64,000 nucleotides of DNA, from assembly GCA_964580585.1 (NCBI GenBank), contig CAZOKZ010000013.1:52-64051 (forward strand), in the 5' to 3' direction. This DNA is from an uncultured Candidatus Sumerlaeota bacterium (GTDB lineage: Bacteria > Sumerlaeota > Sumerlaeia > SLMS01 > JAHLLQ01). Made by a program: the position numbers and the translations under genes. How positions within the stretch are numbered: the stretch's first letter is position 1; each line of letters begins with the position of its first letter. Below the pieces are notes generated by a model. That model saw only the letters and a list, made by a program, of their open reading frames with translations, did not search any database and had not been told where the DNA came from. This document shows, piece after piece, positions 19,886 through 29,023 of this stretch.

Positions 19886-20487
19886 AGATTATCATCATGG
19901 TCGAGGGAGAAACCGAAAAAGTGTTTCTTCCATTTTTACGGGGATTCCTACAAAATCGACTGAACAACATGCCCAAACTAAAGCCGAGTGTTTTTGATGG
20001 TGCCGTGCCGACGGGAGCAAAGTTAAAAAGGGCAGTTGAGAATTATTTTTCTGGCAAAGAGCCAGCGGATCACGTCATCTGGCTAACCGATGTTTACCCT
20101 GGGAAAGGCATTTGGACCACAGCCGAAGAAGCGAAGCAAAAAGCCCGCGAATGGGTTGGTCCAGAAGACAGATTTCATCCTCATGTTGCGCTTCATGATT
20201 TTGAAGCATGGCTTTTACCATATTGGGATCGAATCAAAAAGCTGGCAAAAACAGAACGGACTGCGCCTTCCGGCAAACCGGAATCCGTAAACCACATGAA
20301 ACCACCCGCTTATCACATCAAGGAAGCCTATCACGTAGGCAAATGTCGTAAGGATTACAAGAAGCCCATCGATGCTCCAAAGATTCTAAAAGACCAGGAC
20401 TTAATGATTTCCATCAACGCCTGTCCCGAGTTGAAAGCATTGGTAAATACCATCCTTGAAATTTCAGGTGGGGATAAAATTCTATAA
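19882..20487 (+). CDS. DUF4276-like small protein (putative TOPRIM-like nuclease partner of the ATPase)
   Basis: A GTG start at 19882 overlaps the upstream TGA (GTGA coupling) and has a G-rich RBS. The alternative ATG at 19897 lacks an RBS. Conserved 'IIMVEGETE' N-terminus plus D/E-rich motifs (WLTDVYPG, ALHDFEAWLL). ~201 aa, low GC. The family assignment is from memory, not a search. Confidence 0.6.
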   Translation: MKIIIMVEGETEKVFLPFLRGFLQNRLNNMPKLKPSVFDGAVPTGAKLKRAVENYFSGKEPADHVIWLTDVYPGKGIWTTAEEAKQKAREWVGPEDRFHPHVALHDFEAWLLPYWDRIKKLAKTERTAPSGKPESVNHMKPPAYHIKEAYHVGKCRKDYKKPIDAPKILKDQDLMISINACPELKALVNTILEISGGDKIL

Positions 20488-20738
20488 AACTATTCAGTTT
20501 AGAGAGTGAACGGTCTCAATCCTGCGAAATTCCCTTGGACCTCGCCCGTCGGGGTCGGTAAAAAGAATCTCAGAAACCTAAAACGCTTGCCCATCGTCTG
20601 AAGCTCCGTTCCAAATTTGGCTGGAATCCTGGCCCTTGGTGGGAAAGCATGACGAATACCCTTGATTTGTAACCCGCAGACCCACCGATACAGTTGAACA
20701 CCAGGGGATCTTTTCTCCGCAGAGAGGAAATATCGTTC

Positions 20739-22952
20739 ATGAACGCGATCACCACGAACGAATTAGACGCCCTCGCCGGTGTCGAACACGGCGACCCACA
20801 CCGCATTCTCGGGATTCACCCGGTTGGCGAATCCGCCAAGGCCAAGGAGTTGGCCTTCCGCGCATTTCACCCCGATGCCAGCAATGTCGAACTGCTGATC
20901 GAAGGGGTGTCGAAATCCTACATCATGAGTCGAATCCACGATGGCGGAATTTTCGAAGCCGTGGTGCCGGTCAAGGACCTGCCCAAGCACTATAAGTACC
21001 AGTACAAATTTCATTTTCACGATGGCAATGTGTGGATTCGCCGCGATCCGTATCGGTACCTGCCGACACTGGGCGAAATGGACCTCTATTACGTGGGCGA
21101 AGGCCGCCACTGGCGCCTTTATGAAAAACTCGGCGCCCAGGTTCAAACCATCGACGGCATCAAGGGTGTCAGCTTCGCCGTGTGGGCGCCAAACGCTCGT
21201 CGCGTCAGCGTGATCGGCGATTTTAACCGCTGGGACGGACGCCTTTGCCCGATGCGCCGTATGGGAGCAGCGGGAATCTGGGAAATATTCGTCCCCGGTC
21301 TGGACGAAGGCGAACTCTACAAATTTGAAATCAAGACCGCCCAGGGCCATATCATCACCAAACTCGATCCGTTTGCCTTCTACACGGAAAAACGCCCCAA
21401 AACAGCAGGTGTCGTCTGGAATCGTGGCAAGTACGAATGGGGCGATACCGAGTGGATTGCCAGCCGCAAGAAACGCAATTGGCTGCACGAGCCCGTGGCG
21501 GTTTACGAAGTCCATCTGGGGTCGTGGATGCGCAGTCCGGAAAACCCGGACGAGTTCCTCAGCTACCGCGAGATGGCGCCGATGCTGGTGGCGCACTGCA
21601 AAAAATATAACTTCAACTATGTCGAGTTCATGCCGCTGGCCGAGCACCCTTTTGACGGTTCATGGGGGTATCAGGTCACCGGATATTTTGCTCCGACCAG
21701 TCGATTTGGCAACCCGGACGAATTCAAATTCATGGTCGATGCCCTGCACGAAGCGGGTATCGGCGTGATCGTCGATTGGGTGCCCGCTCACTTTCCGAAA
21801 GACGAACACGGCCTTCGCCAGTTCGACGGCACGGCGCTCTACGAACATGCCGATCCGCGCCAGGGCGAGCACAAGGACTGGGGAACGTTGATCTTTAACT
21901 TTGGCCGCCACGAGGTGTCCAACTTCCTGATTACCAACGCGTTGTATTGGCTGGACGAATATCACATCGACGGTCTGCGCGTGGACGCCGTGGCCTCGAT
22001 GCTGTATCTGGATTACAGCCGCGAAGAAGGCGAATGGATTCCGAACGAATACGGTGGCCGCGAAAATATCGAGGCGATCGAGTTCCTGCGCCGTTTGAAT
22101 GAAGAAGTTCACGGCCAGTTCCCTGGCGCGTTTACGGTGGCGGAGGAATCGACCTCCTTCGCGGGCGTCAGCCGCCCAACCTATGCCGGTGGCCTTGGTT
22201 TCACGTTCAAGTGGAACATGGGTTGGATGAACGACACGCTTTCGTACTTCACGAAAGACCCGATTTACCGCAGCTACCACCACAACGACCTGACGTTCTC
22301 GATGATCTACGCGTACAGCGAGAACTTTGTCCTGCCGATTTCCCACGACGAAGTGGTGCACGGTAAAGGCTCGCTTCTGGGCAAAATGCCCGGCGACGAC
22401 TGGCAGAAATTCGCCAATTATCGCCTGTTTATGAGCTATATGTGGACGCACCCGGGCAAGAAGCTGATCTTCCAGGGCTGCGAATTTGCCCAGGGCCGCG
22501 AATGGAAACACAACCAGAGCCTGGATTGGCACGAATGCGGTCATGAAAGCCGCTTCAAGATCGAAAAACTCATTCAGGATCTCGGCGCGCTCTATCAGAA
22601 CGAAGAGTGCTTGTGGAAATACGACCATGAGCCGCGCGGCTTTACCTGGATCGATTGCAGCGACTGGCAATCGTCAGTGCTCTCGTACATTCGTTGGGGA
22701 GACAACGGCGACCATGTGATCGTGATTTGCAACTTTACGCCCACCACGCGGTATAACTACCGCATTGGCGTGCCGTGGCCGTGTTTCTACAAAGAAATCC
22801 TGAACACGGATTCAGCCATGTATGGCGGCAGCAACAATGGGAACGGTGGCGGCGTTTGGGCCGATCATTGGGCCATGCACAGCCATTATCATTCGGTAAA
22901 CCTGACGCTTCCGCCCCTTTCGGTGTTGGTGCTCAAACCGACGAAAGACTGA
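20739..22952 (+). CDS. glgB: 1,4-alpha-glucan branching enzyme GlgB
   Basis: GH13 catalytic motifs together with N-terminal CBM48. ATG at 20739 (MNAITTNELD...) with GAGAGGAAA RBS; the track ORF extends upstream to 20694. Confidence 0.9.
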   Translation: MNAITTNELDALAGVEHGDPHRILGIHPVGESAKAKELAFRAFHPDASNVELLIEGVSKSYIMSRIHDGGIFEAVVPVKDLPKHYKYQYKFHFHDGNVWIRRDPYRYLPTLGEMDLYYVGEGRHWRLYEKLGAQVQTIDGIKGVSFAVWAPNARRVSVIGDFNRWDGRLCPMRRMGAAGIWEIFVPGLDEGELYKFEIKTAQGHIITKLDPFAFYTEKRPKTAGVVWNRGKYEWGDTEWIASRKKRNWLHEPVAVYEVHLGSWMRSPENPDEFLSYREMAPMLVAHCKKYNFNYVEFMPLAEHPFDGSWGYQVTGYFAPTSRFGNPDEFKFMVDALHEAGIGVIVDWVPAHFPKDEHGLRQFDGTALYEHADPRQGEHKDWGTLIFNFGRHEVSNFLITNALYWLDEYHIDGLRVDAVASMLYLDYSREEGEWIPNEYGGRENIEAIEFLRRLNEEVHGQFPGAFTVAEESTSFAGVSRPTYAGGLGFTFKWNMGWMNDTLSYFTKDPIYRSYHHNDLTFSMIYAYSENFVLPISHDEVVHGKGSLLGKMPGDDWQKFANYRLFMSYMWTHPGKKLIFQGCEFAQGREWKHNQSLDWHECGHESRFKIEKLIQDLGALYQNEECLWKYDHEPRGFTWIDCSDWQSSVLSYIRWGDNGDHVIVICNFTPTTRYNYRIGVPWPCFYKEILNTDSAMYGGSNNGNGGGVWADHWAMHSHYHSVNLTLPPLSVLVLKPTKD

Positions 22953-22955
22953 ATC

Positions 22956-23066
22956 GGGAAAGGATGAGGGATGGGGGATCGGGATGATTTGAATCTCTGG
23001 CCGCCCTACTCCCCCCGAACCCCGAACCTCCGCTATTTTCATCCTTCATCCCTCCTGCCTCATCCC
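22956..23066. repeat. structured octamer-arm repeat family (GGATGAGG flavour)
   Basis: GGGAAAGGATGAGGGATGGGGGATCGGGATGA ... TTCATCCTTCATCCCTCCTGCCTCATCCC. Contains the TTTGAATCT linker. Confidence 0.6.
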
Positions 23067-23077
23067 TTGAAAATAAA

Positions 23078-23118
23078 CTCGCCCCGAAGGTGGAAGCCTT
23101 CGGGGCGAGTGTTGTTTT
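23078..23118. terminator. bidirectional rho-independent terminator (glgB / rny convergent)
   Basis: Perfect 13-bp stem CTCGCCCCGAAGG/CCTTCGGGGCGAG with a 6-nt loop, flanked by an A-run upstream and TGTTGTTTT downstream. Confidence 0.7.
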
Positions 23119-23140
23119 CCAGTTTAGTGCTTCGAGGATT

Positions 23141-24709
23141 TTATCGAGCGTACTCGGTGTTGCGTGTCTCGCGGACGACGACGACTTTGATTTGGCCCGG
23201 GTACTGGAGCTCTTCCTCGATTCGTTTGGTCACGTTGCGCGCGAGCAGGCTGCACTCGTTGTCGTTGAGTTTGTCGGGTTCCACGATGATGCGGATTTCC
23301 CGTCCGGCCTGAATCGCGTAGGACTTTTCTACTCCCTCGAAGGATTGAGCAATCGCTTCGAGGTTTTCCAGACGCTTGATGTAGCTTTCGAGCGTTTCGC
23401 GTCGCGCGCCTGGTCTTGCTGCCGATACCGAATCCGCGGTGATAACGATAATGGCAGTCAGGGTTCGGGGCTTGACCTCGTAGTGGTGGGCTTCAATGGC
23501 ATGAACCACTTCGGGGCGTTCACGGTACTTCTTGGCGAGTTCAGCACCAATGGCTGCGTGGGGACCTTCGATCTCGTGCGTGACGGCTTTTCCAATGTCG
23601 TGCAGCAGGGTCGCACGTTTTGCCAACTTGGCGTCGAGGCCAAGTTCGGCCGCCAGCATTTCGGCGATGTGCGCGCATTCCACGCTGTGCTTCAGGATAT
23701 TTTGCCCATAACTGGTGCGGAATTTCAACCGGCCGAGCAGTTTGATCAGCTCGGGGTGCAGGTCGTGAATTCCCAGTTCGATACAGGCATTTTCTCCTGC
23801 TTCCCGCGCTTGTTCGAGAACTTGTCGTTCGGTTTTCTCGACAATTTCTTCGATTCGCGTCGGGTGGATACGTCCGTCCGAGATCAGTTTCTCCAGCACA
23901 AGGCGGGCGATTTCTCGCCGCATGGGATCGAAACAGGAAAGAACGACGGCTTCCGGGGTATCGTCAACGATCAGGTTAACGCCCGTGGCCTGTTCCAGTG
24001 CGCGGATGTTGCGCCCTTCGCGCCCAATGATTCTTCCCTTCATTTCTTCGTTGGGAAGATTCACAACCGAGACGGTGGTTTCCGTCACGGAATCGGTAGC
24101 GCAACGCTGGACAGCAAGCGTGAGGATCTGGCGGGCCTTTTTATCGGCGATATCTTGCGTTTCGGCTTCCAGCCTCCGCACGAGAGCGGCGGCTTCCTGG
24201 TGGACTTCGGCTTCCAGGTTTTCCAGAAGAAGTTTTTTACCCTCCTCCTGGGTCATTCCCGAAACTTCCTCGGTTTTTCGGATCAACTCCTGACGAAGCT
24301 CGACCACCTTTTTGTTTTCGGCTTCGGTCCGTTTGATCCTTTCGTCGAGGTTTCGTTCCTTATCGCCAACGGATTGCTCGCGTCGGCCCAGCGTGTCCTC
24401 ACGTTTATCCAGTTGTTCTTCGCGCTTGCGCAGACGGCTTTCGTCCCGGTCGATGTCCGATTTCCGACGGCTAAGGTCGGTTTCCAGTTTTTTCGTCCGT
24501 TCGGTAACCTTCTGCTGTGCTTCGATCTCTGCCTTATTCAGAAGAAGCTCGGCCTCTTTTTTGGCGGTTTCCACCACCCGGTCGGCTTCTTCCTGTGCCT
24601 TTTGGTAGCTACCTTCGCTACTTTTCCGTAAATGAAGCCCCCAACCCCATGCGCCCAAGCCGACCCCAACAATCAGGGCGGCTATGGCTGCCAGTAGGAT
24701 TGGGTCCAT
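23141..24709 (-). CDS. rny: ribonuclease Y
   Basis: N-terminal TM helix, a coiled-coil region, a KH domain ([15 protein letters not shown]) and an HD domain (HSVECAHIA...LLHDIGK). 522 aa. Confidence 0.9.
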   Translation of the reverse strand: MDPILLAAIAALIVGVGLGAWGWGLHLRKSSEGSYQKAQEEADRVVETAKKEAELLLNKAEIEAQQKVTERTKKLETDLSRRKSDIDRDESRLRKREEQLDKREDTLGRREQSVGDKERNLDERIKRTEAENKKVVELRQELIRKTEEVSGMTQEEGKKLLLENLEAEVHQEAAALVRRLEAETQDIADKKARQILTLAVQRCATDSVTETTVSVVNLPNEEMKGRIIGREGRNIRALEQATGVNLIVDDTPEAVVLSCFDPMRREIARLVLEKLISDGRIHPTRIEEIVEKTERQVLEQAREAGENACIELGIHDLHPELIKLLGRLKFRTSYGQNILKHSVECAHIAEMLAAELGLDAKLAKRATLLHDIGKAVTHEIEGPHAAIGAELAKKYRERPEVVHAIEAHHYEVKPRTLTAIIVITADSVSAARPGARRETLESYIKRLENLEAIAQSFEGVEKSYAIQAGREIRIIVEPDKLNDNECSLLARNVTKRIEEELQYPGQIKVVVVRETRNTEYAR

Positions 24710-24886
24710 TAACGGTTTGTACCTCCTTGGTCTGAATTGAGATGAGTTGTTTCGCTATCTTTCGGAGCCCATAGGGGAACCGATTCATTGACCAAAATCA
24801 ACGATTGCTACAATTCGGATGGGGGGGCGAAGGTTGTCAATCCAGATTACGGTTGTCGTCGGGATCAAGCGAGCACTTTTGCCGAT

Positions 24887-25300
24887 TTATTGAGGACGGA
24901 AGTCGTAAACAGCAACACGGCGTGTCAAGGGCTTCAGCTTTTCAACGACGGCGCGCTCGTGCAGCGGATTTTCCAGGTAAGCTCGGTAGGCTCCCTCGTC
25001 GGTAAATCGCATCACCACCGCAAGATCGAAGGATGAATCCACTCCCGGTCGATCCGATTGATCGCTAATCAGTACCGGGCCGACATCGATGGATACCACG
25101 CCGGGCAACCGTTGAAAGGATTGAGAAGTCTCGATAAGGGCGGCAATTGCGCTCGGATCGCCTGGATTTTTCAGCCAGCAAACCACAACGTGCTCGACCG
25201 TTGCCCGTTCACGGGGCGAATTTGCGAGATTTTCAGGGCAACGAGCGCATCCGGCGAGGACCGACAGGCAGAGCAGGAGAGAAAACAGGTATCTGGTCAT
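24887..25300 (-). CDS. Dabb (stress-responsive alpha/beta-barrel) family lipoprotein
   Basis: Start chosen at ATG 25300 (MTRYLFSLLLCLSVLAGC, lipobox); the track ORF extends to 25345. The C-terminal ~100 aa resemble a Dabb domain. Confidence 0.55.
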   Translation of the reverse strand: MTRYLFSLLLCLSVLAGCARCPENLANSPRERATVEHVVVCWLKNPGDPSAIAALIETSQSFQRLPGVVSIDVGPVLISDQSDRPGVDSSFDLAVVMRFTDEGAYRAYLENPLHERAVVEKLKPLTRRVAVYDFRPQ

Positions 25301-25876
25301 GGGGCGAAAACCTCGTAACATAATAAGAATAAGCCATCTGCGCATTCAATCGTGGTTGGGTCAAGGCTACAGAAGGAGCAGTGTAAAAAGCCCGATGAAA
25401 TATGGCGCAACCCGTTGTTTTTTCACTCTGGCCAGACATGATCGGGCGGTTTTGGCGGATAAAAAGGATGGTTGTTGACCGAGTTTGGCGCGCGTTGCGT
25501 AAAATCGTGCCAAGAAAACGATTGATATTGTTAGATTTTAGCGGTCTTGCGTTATGAATTCTATGAGGAATTGAAATCGTTATTGACAGGGGTCGTTCGC
25601 CCTTGGTTTAACACGCGGAGCATAAAAAGGGAGAAGTCGTTTTTTAAAGCCGTTCGTAAGTCTTTGAGTTGACGAGCGCGGAAAAATGTCTCCTTACTCT
25701 CTTGGAGTGCAGCAGATCTTTATTAAGAACGGATGGGTATCCATGATCCCACACATTGACATGACCGAGGAGGGCTTGCGTTGGTTTGAAAACTATTTTG
25801 GTGAAGTGCACCCCCTGCTCTTCAAAACCCCCTTTGGGGAAATTACACCGAATGTAGTGAAAGGAGAACCAACCGC

Positions 25877-27982
25877 ATGCAATATGGGTTGACGAAAAAA
25901 ACCCTTGGCGTCCTGGTCGGCGCAGCTTTGCTCAGTGGTAGTGCCTTTGCCGCTGGCCCGACGCTTACGAATCTCCCGAACGTCGTTATCACGGATCGTA
26001 ATAATCCTGCGACGTCCGCTTCCGCGTATGACTTGGATACGTCGGTAACGGAAAACCGCTATCGTTTCACGGCAGCCTTTCGTCTGAAAGACTATGTGAA
26101 CTACGGTGACAACTCTGACAGTGCGAAGGGCACGGTAAACTATCTGTTCCGCGAATTGGACTTTAGCTTCCAGCCTGTTGGCACGCACACCATCGAAATC
26201 AATGGCGATTCTCCGGTATCGACCATTCCTACGTATGACGACCTGGTTAACAGCAGCTTCGGCGACGTTGTGTCCGCTGGCGCGCTTGATTTTATCAACG
26301 TTAATCAGTCCGTAAACAATGGTAACACTGCGGATTCGATACCTCGGGCTCCGTTTACGGACACGACGACGATCGAAATGTTCGTCGCCAGTACCGAAGT
26401 TCAGGACGAAATCGACTTCCAGACGTTCAGCGTCATCACGACGAACGACGTCGATCCGCTCGATGACCACATCGAGTTCTCGACGGGTGTTTCGATCCTG
26501 ACGCCGGAAATCTGCATCACCGATTTCGCTGGCTGGTATCCGATGACTGAAAACATCTACGTTGACTTCACTCAGGTTCCGCCTTTGACGCTGGCAACGT
26601 TCGATGTTCAGTATGAAGCTGCGGCTCCTCAGTATTCGCCGTCCGCTTCCGACACCGGCTCGACCAACGACTTCCTTGGCAATCCGTTTGGCGTCTTCCC
26701 GGCTGGCACGACCACGCTGACCGGTACGACCCAGGCTTCGCCGACGATCATCGAAGCATCGGGCGCCTTCGGCGACCTCCTTGCGCCGCAATTCGTTGGC
26801 TTCTTGTCATGGCGTCGTGACTTGTCCATCAAGACAACGATCAACACGACGGCTGGCCGCATCTACATGGCTCGCTGGACGATGTCCGACGACTCGGTTA
26901 CAACCGCTGCCAATGCACCGCAGGTTCCGCAGGTTCGCTTCCGTTTGGGTGAATCCACGGACTACGGCTCTGGCGTTGCTTACGACGGCTTCTCCTACAA
27001 TGGTGCCAACTCCATCGCGCTTGATAATGGAACACGTACGCATCGTTCCTACTACTACGCGCATGCGAACGGTGAAATCGGCTTCGGCTATGACATGGCT
27101 GACTATTTCAACGGTGCCAGCGCTAACATCGGCCTGATCTATCCGAACGGCCACCGTGACTACGGTCTGTCGCTCCACAGCGTTGAAGTCTTCAGCTTCG
27201 ATCGCGCTGACTTGACCGACGAACAAGTCGAGTTCAACCAGGGTGAATCGTCTGCGACGATAACACTTGCTGGTGGACAGCCGACTCCTCCAGGCGGCGC
27301 CGTAAACTACGACGCAACCGCTTGGGAAGGTCCGCTGCGTGTCTTCCAGGAATCGGGCACAACACGTCCGATTACGATGACGAATGGCGGCGACGTACTG
27401 AGTATCGATCTGAGCCAGGGCGACAGCGCTGTGACGGCTCAGTGGGATACCTACAAGTATGCTGCCAGCCCGCTCATCATCGCCGGTGGTTTGGATAACG
27501 GTACTGAAATCGTTAGCGCCGTTCCGAACGATCGCCTGATCATCATGGATACGTGGTTGAGTTCGCCTGACGCTGCTGTTAGCAGCAACACGTTGCCAGT
27601 CGTTCGTATCGGCTTGACCACGGACGTTTGGGGCGAATCCGGCTCGACCGCTCCGCAGATTCTGCAGGGACGTTTCTCGTTCTTCCAGTTCCGCGGCAGC
27701 AACTACATCAACGAACACGTTGGCGTTCAGGTTCCGGCCGACATCGCGCTCGAGACTGGCGCTCGCCGCTACTCGGTCATCATGGAACCCCAGATCCAGA
27801 ACTTCAACACGATCGATGTTCGCCCGCAGATCGACATCACAACCTACCCGCTGTTCGCTCGTACGGACTTCACCGCTACGAACCTGAACACGGCGTTTGA
27901 TGAAGGTCAGTTGGACATCAACCGCGTTGTCATCTCGACCTACCAGTTGCCTGCTGACTTCGAATCAGCGCCTTGCAACTAA
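25877..27982 (+). CDS. secreted Thr/Ser/Asn/Asp/Gly-rich protein, candidate abundant cell-surface (S-layer-like) protein
   Basis: 701 aa with a signal peptide (AALLSGSAFAAG). Strong RBS AAAGGAG. Strongly biased codon usage (cgt, ggt, gtt, gct, aac, ttc, atc) unlike its neighbours. ~530-nt AT-rich leader region and a strong terminator at 28012-28052. Confidence 0.7.
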   Translation: MQYGLTKKTLGVLVGAALLSGSAFAAGPTLTNLPNVVITDRNNPATSASAYDLDTSVTENRYRFTAAFRLKDYVNYGDNSDSAKGTVNYLFRELDFSFQPVGTHTIEINGDSPVSTIPTYDDLVNSSFGDVVSAGALDFINVNQSVNNGNTADSIPRAPFTDTTTIEMFVASTEVQDEIDFQTFSVITTNDVDPLDDHIEFSTGVSILTPEICITDFAGWYPMTENIYVDFTQVPPLTLATFDVQYEAAAPQYSPSASDTGSTNDFLGNPFGVFPAGTTTLTGTTQASPTIIEASGAFGDLLAPQFVGFLSWRRDLSIKTTINTTAGRIYMARWTMSDDSVTTAANAPQVPQVRFRLGESTDYGSGVAYDGFSYNGANSIALDNGTRTHRSYYYAHANGEIGFGYDMADYFNGASANIGLIYPNGHRDYGLSLHSVEVFSFDRADLTDEQVEFNQGESSATITLAGGQPTPPGGAVNYDATAWEGPLRVFQESGTTRPITMTNGGDVLSIDLSQGDSAVTAQWDTYKYAASPLIIAGGLDNGTEIVSAVPNDRLIIMDTWLSSPDAAVSSNTLPVVRIGLTTDVWGESGSTAPQILQGRFSFFQFRGSNYINEHVGVQVPADIALETGARRYSVIMEPQIQNFNTIDVRPQIDITTYPLFARTDFTATNLNTAFDEGQLDINRVVISTYQLPADFESAPCN

Positions 27983-28011
27983 TGGTTGAAAGTTAGACTG
28001 TGTCGATAAGA

Positions 28012-28052
28012 CACCGCCGGGCGGCTCGCAAGAGCCGCCCGGTGTTTTTTTA
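28012..28052 (+). terminator. rho-independent terminator
   Basis: CCGGGCGGCTC-GCAA-GAGCCGCCCGG stem-loop followed by T7. Confidence 0.8.
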
Positions 28053-28075
28053 TTCAAACGATAATTGGGAACCGA

Positions 28076-29023
28076 TCAGCGCCGAGCGTCTGATGCAACG
28101 CGCACAAAAGCGTCGCGCATTTGAGAGAAGAGATAATTTTTCCGAGCTACCTGCCGGGCTGCTTCTCCCAATGCAGGAAGCGCCTTCCAATCGAGTTCCC
28201 GAATGCCAGAAATCCAGGAGGATTGCTCGCGAGGAATCAGCAGACCGGTCTTGCCGTGTTCGATGACTTCGGGGATGCCTCCCACGGGTGTGGCGAGACA
28301 CGGGATACCACGAATCATGGCTTCCAGTAACACCGTTGGCATGCCTTCGGAAATGCTGGGAATGACAAGGAGGTCGAGGCTGCGGAGCAGCGGTCCGGCA
28401 GGGACAAAACCGGGGCAAATGACACCTTCTGCTTCTGCTTTTTCTTGAAGGTTTTTTCCCAGCCGTCCTGCAAATATCAAAGTACCGGGTTTGTCGAGTT
28501 TGTGCCAGACGTCCAAGAAAAAATCGTGGCCTTTTACCGCATGGCCGCTTGCCAAAACGCCGAATACAGGCTTGGGGAGATCGTTAAAAAGGGCCGTTTC
28601 GTTCGAATCTGGCAATTCGACTCCGTTCGGGATGACGACCCCTGGCTCACCGTACAAGGCGTGACGCGAGTTACTAACCCACTTTGAAAAACGCCAGCGA
28701 ATCAGTCGTCGAACGATTGCTTTCCGTCCAGCGAAATCAACGACACCTCGGATATTGCCCACGAGAGCTGGCCCACCCAGCGGCCACGCCAGGCAGGCTG
28801 CCAGATGCGCGTGCAGTCCGTAGCAAAACACCACTTCGGGTCGATAAGCGCGAACGGCGCGAAGCACGGCGGGCAGTCGAGAGTTGTTGGGAGGAAACCC
28901 CATGATTGTTTCGAGCGCCATCATTTCAAATTCCGGCACTGTGTCGCACAATCGACGAACGTTTGTTTCCGTTCCGCCACCGTGTTCGTGCATCAGAAGA
29001 TGGAGCGTGCGCGGGACGGTCAT
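28076..29023 (-). CDS. glycosyltransferase family 1 (GT4-like)
   Basis: C-terminal EX7E-type motif (EGMPTVLLEAMIRGIPCLATPVGGIPEVI). Start chosen at ATG 29023, which forms an ATGA overlap with the asnB stop (29020-29022); the track ORF extends to 29086. Confidence 0.75.
   Translation of the reverse strand: MTVPRTLHLLMHEHGGGTETNVRRLCDTVPEFEMMALETIMGFPPNNSRLPAVLRAVRAYRPEVVFCYGLHAHLAACLAWPLGGPALVGNIRGVVDFAGRKAIVRRLIRWRFSKWVSNSRHALYGEPGVVIPNGVELPDSNETALFNDLPKPVFGVLASGHAVKGHDFFLDVWHKLDKPGTLIFAGRLGKNLQEKAEAEGVICPGFVPAGPLLRSLDLLVIPSISEGMPTVLLEAMIRGIPCLATPVGGIPEVIEHGKTGLLIPREQSSWISGIRELDWKALPALGEAARQVARKNYLFSQMRDAFVRVASDARR

Noticed and set aside
21660-22670. 336-aa minus-strand ORF
   Set aside because: Antisense to glgB.
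23090-24631. 513-aa plus-strand ORF
   Set aside because: Antisense to rny. The repetitive Phe/Gly-rich product is an artefact of the Glu/Lys-rich coiled-coil on the real strand.
25686-25892. 68-aa ORF upstream of and overlapping the secreted-protein gene
   Set aside because: Lies within the AT-rich leader and overlaps the RBS/start of the downstream gene. No RBS of its own and no recognisable motif, so most likely non-coding.
25793-26791. 332-aa minus-strand ORF
   Set aside because: Antisense to the strongly codon-biased secreted-protein gene.
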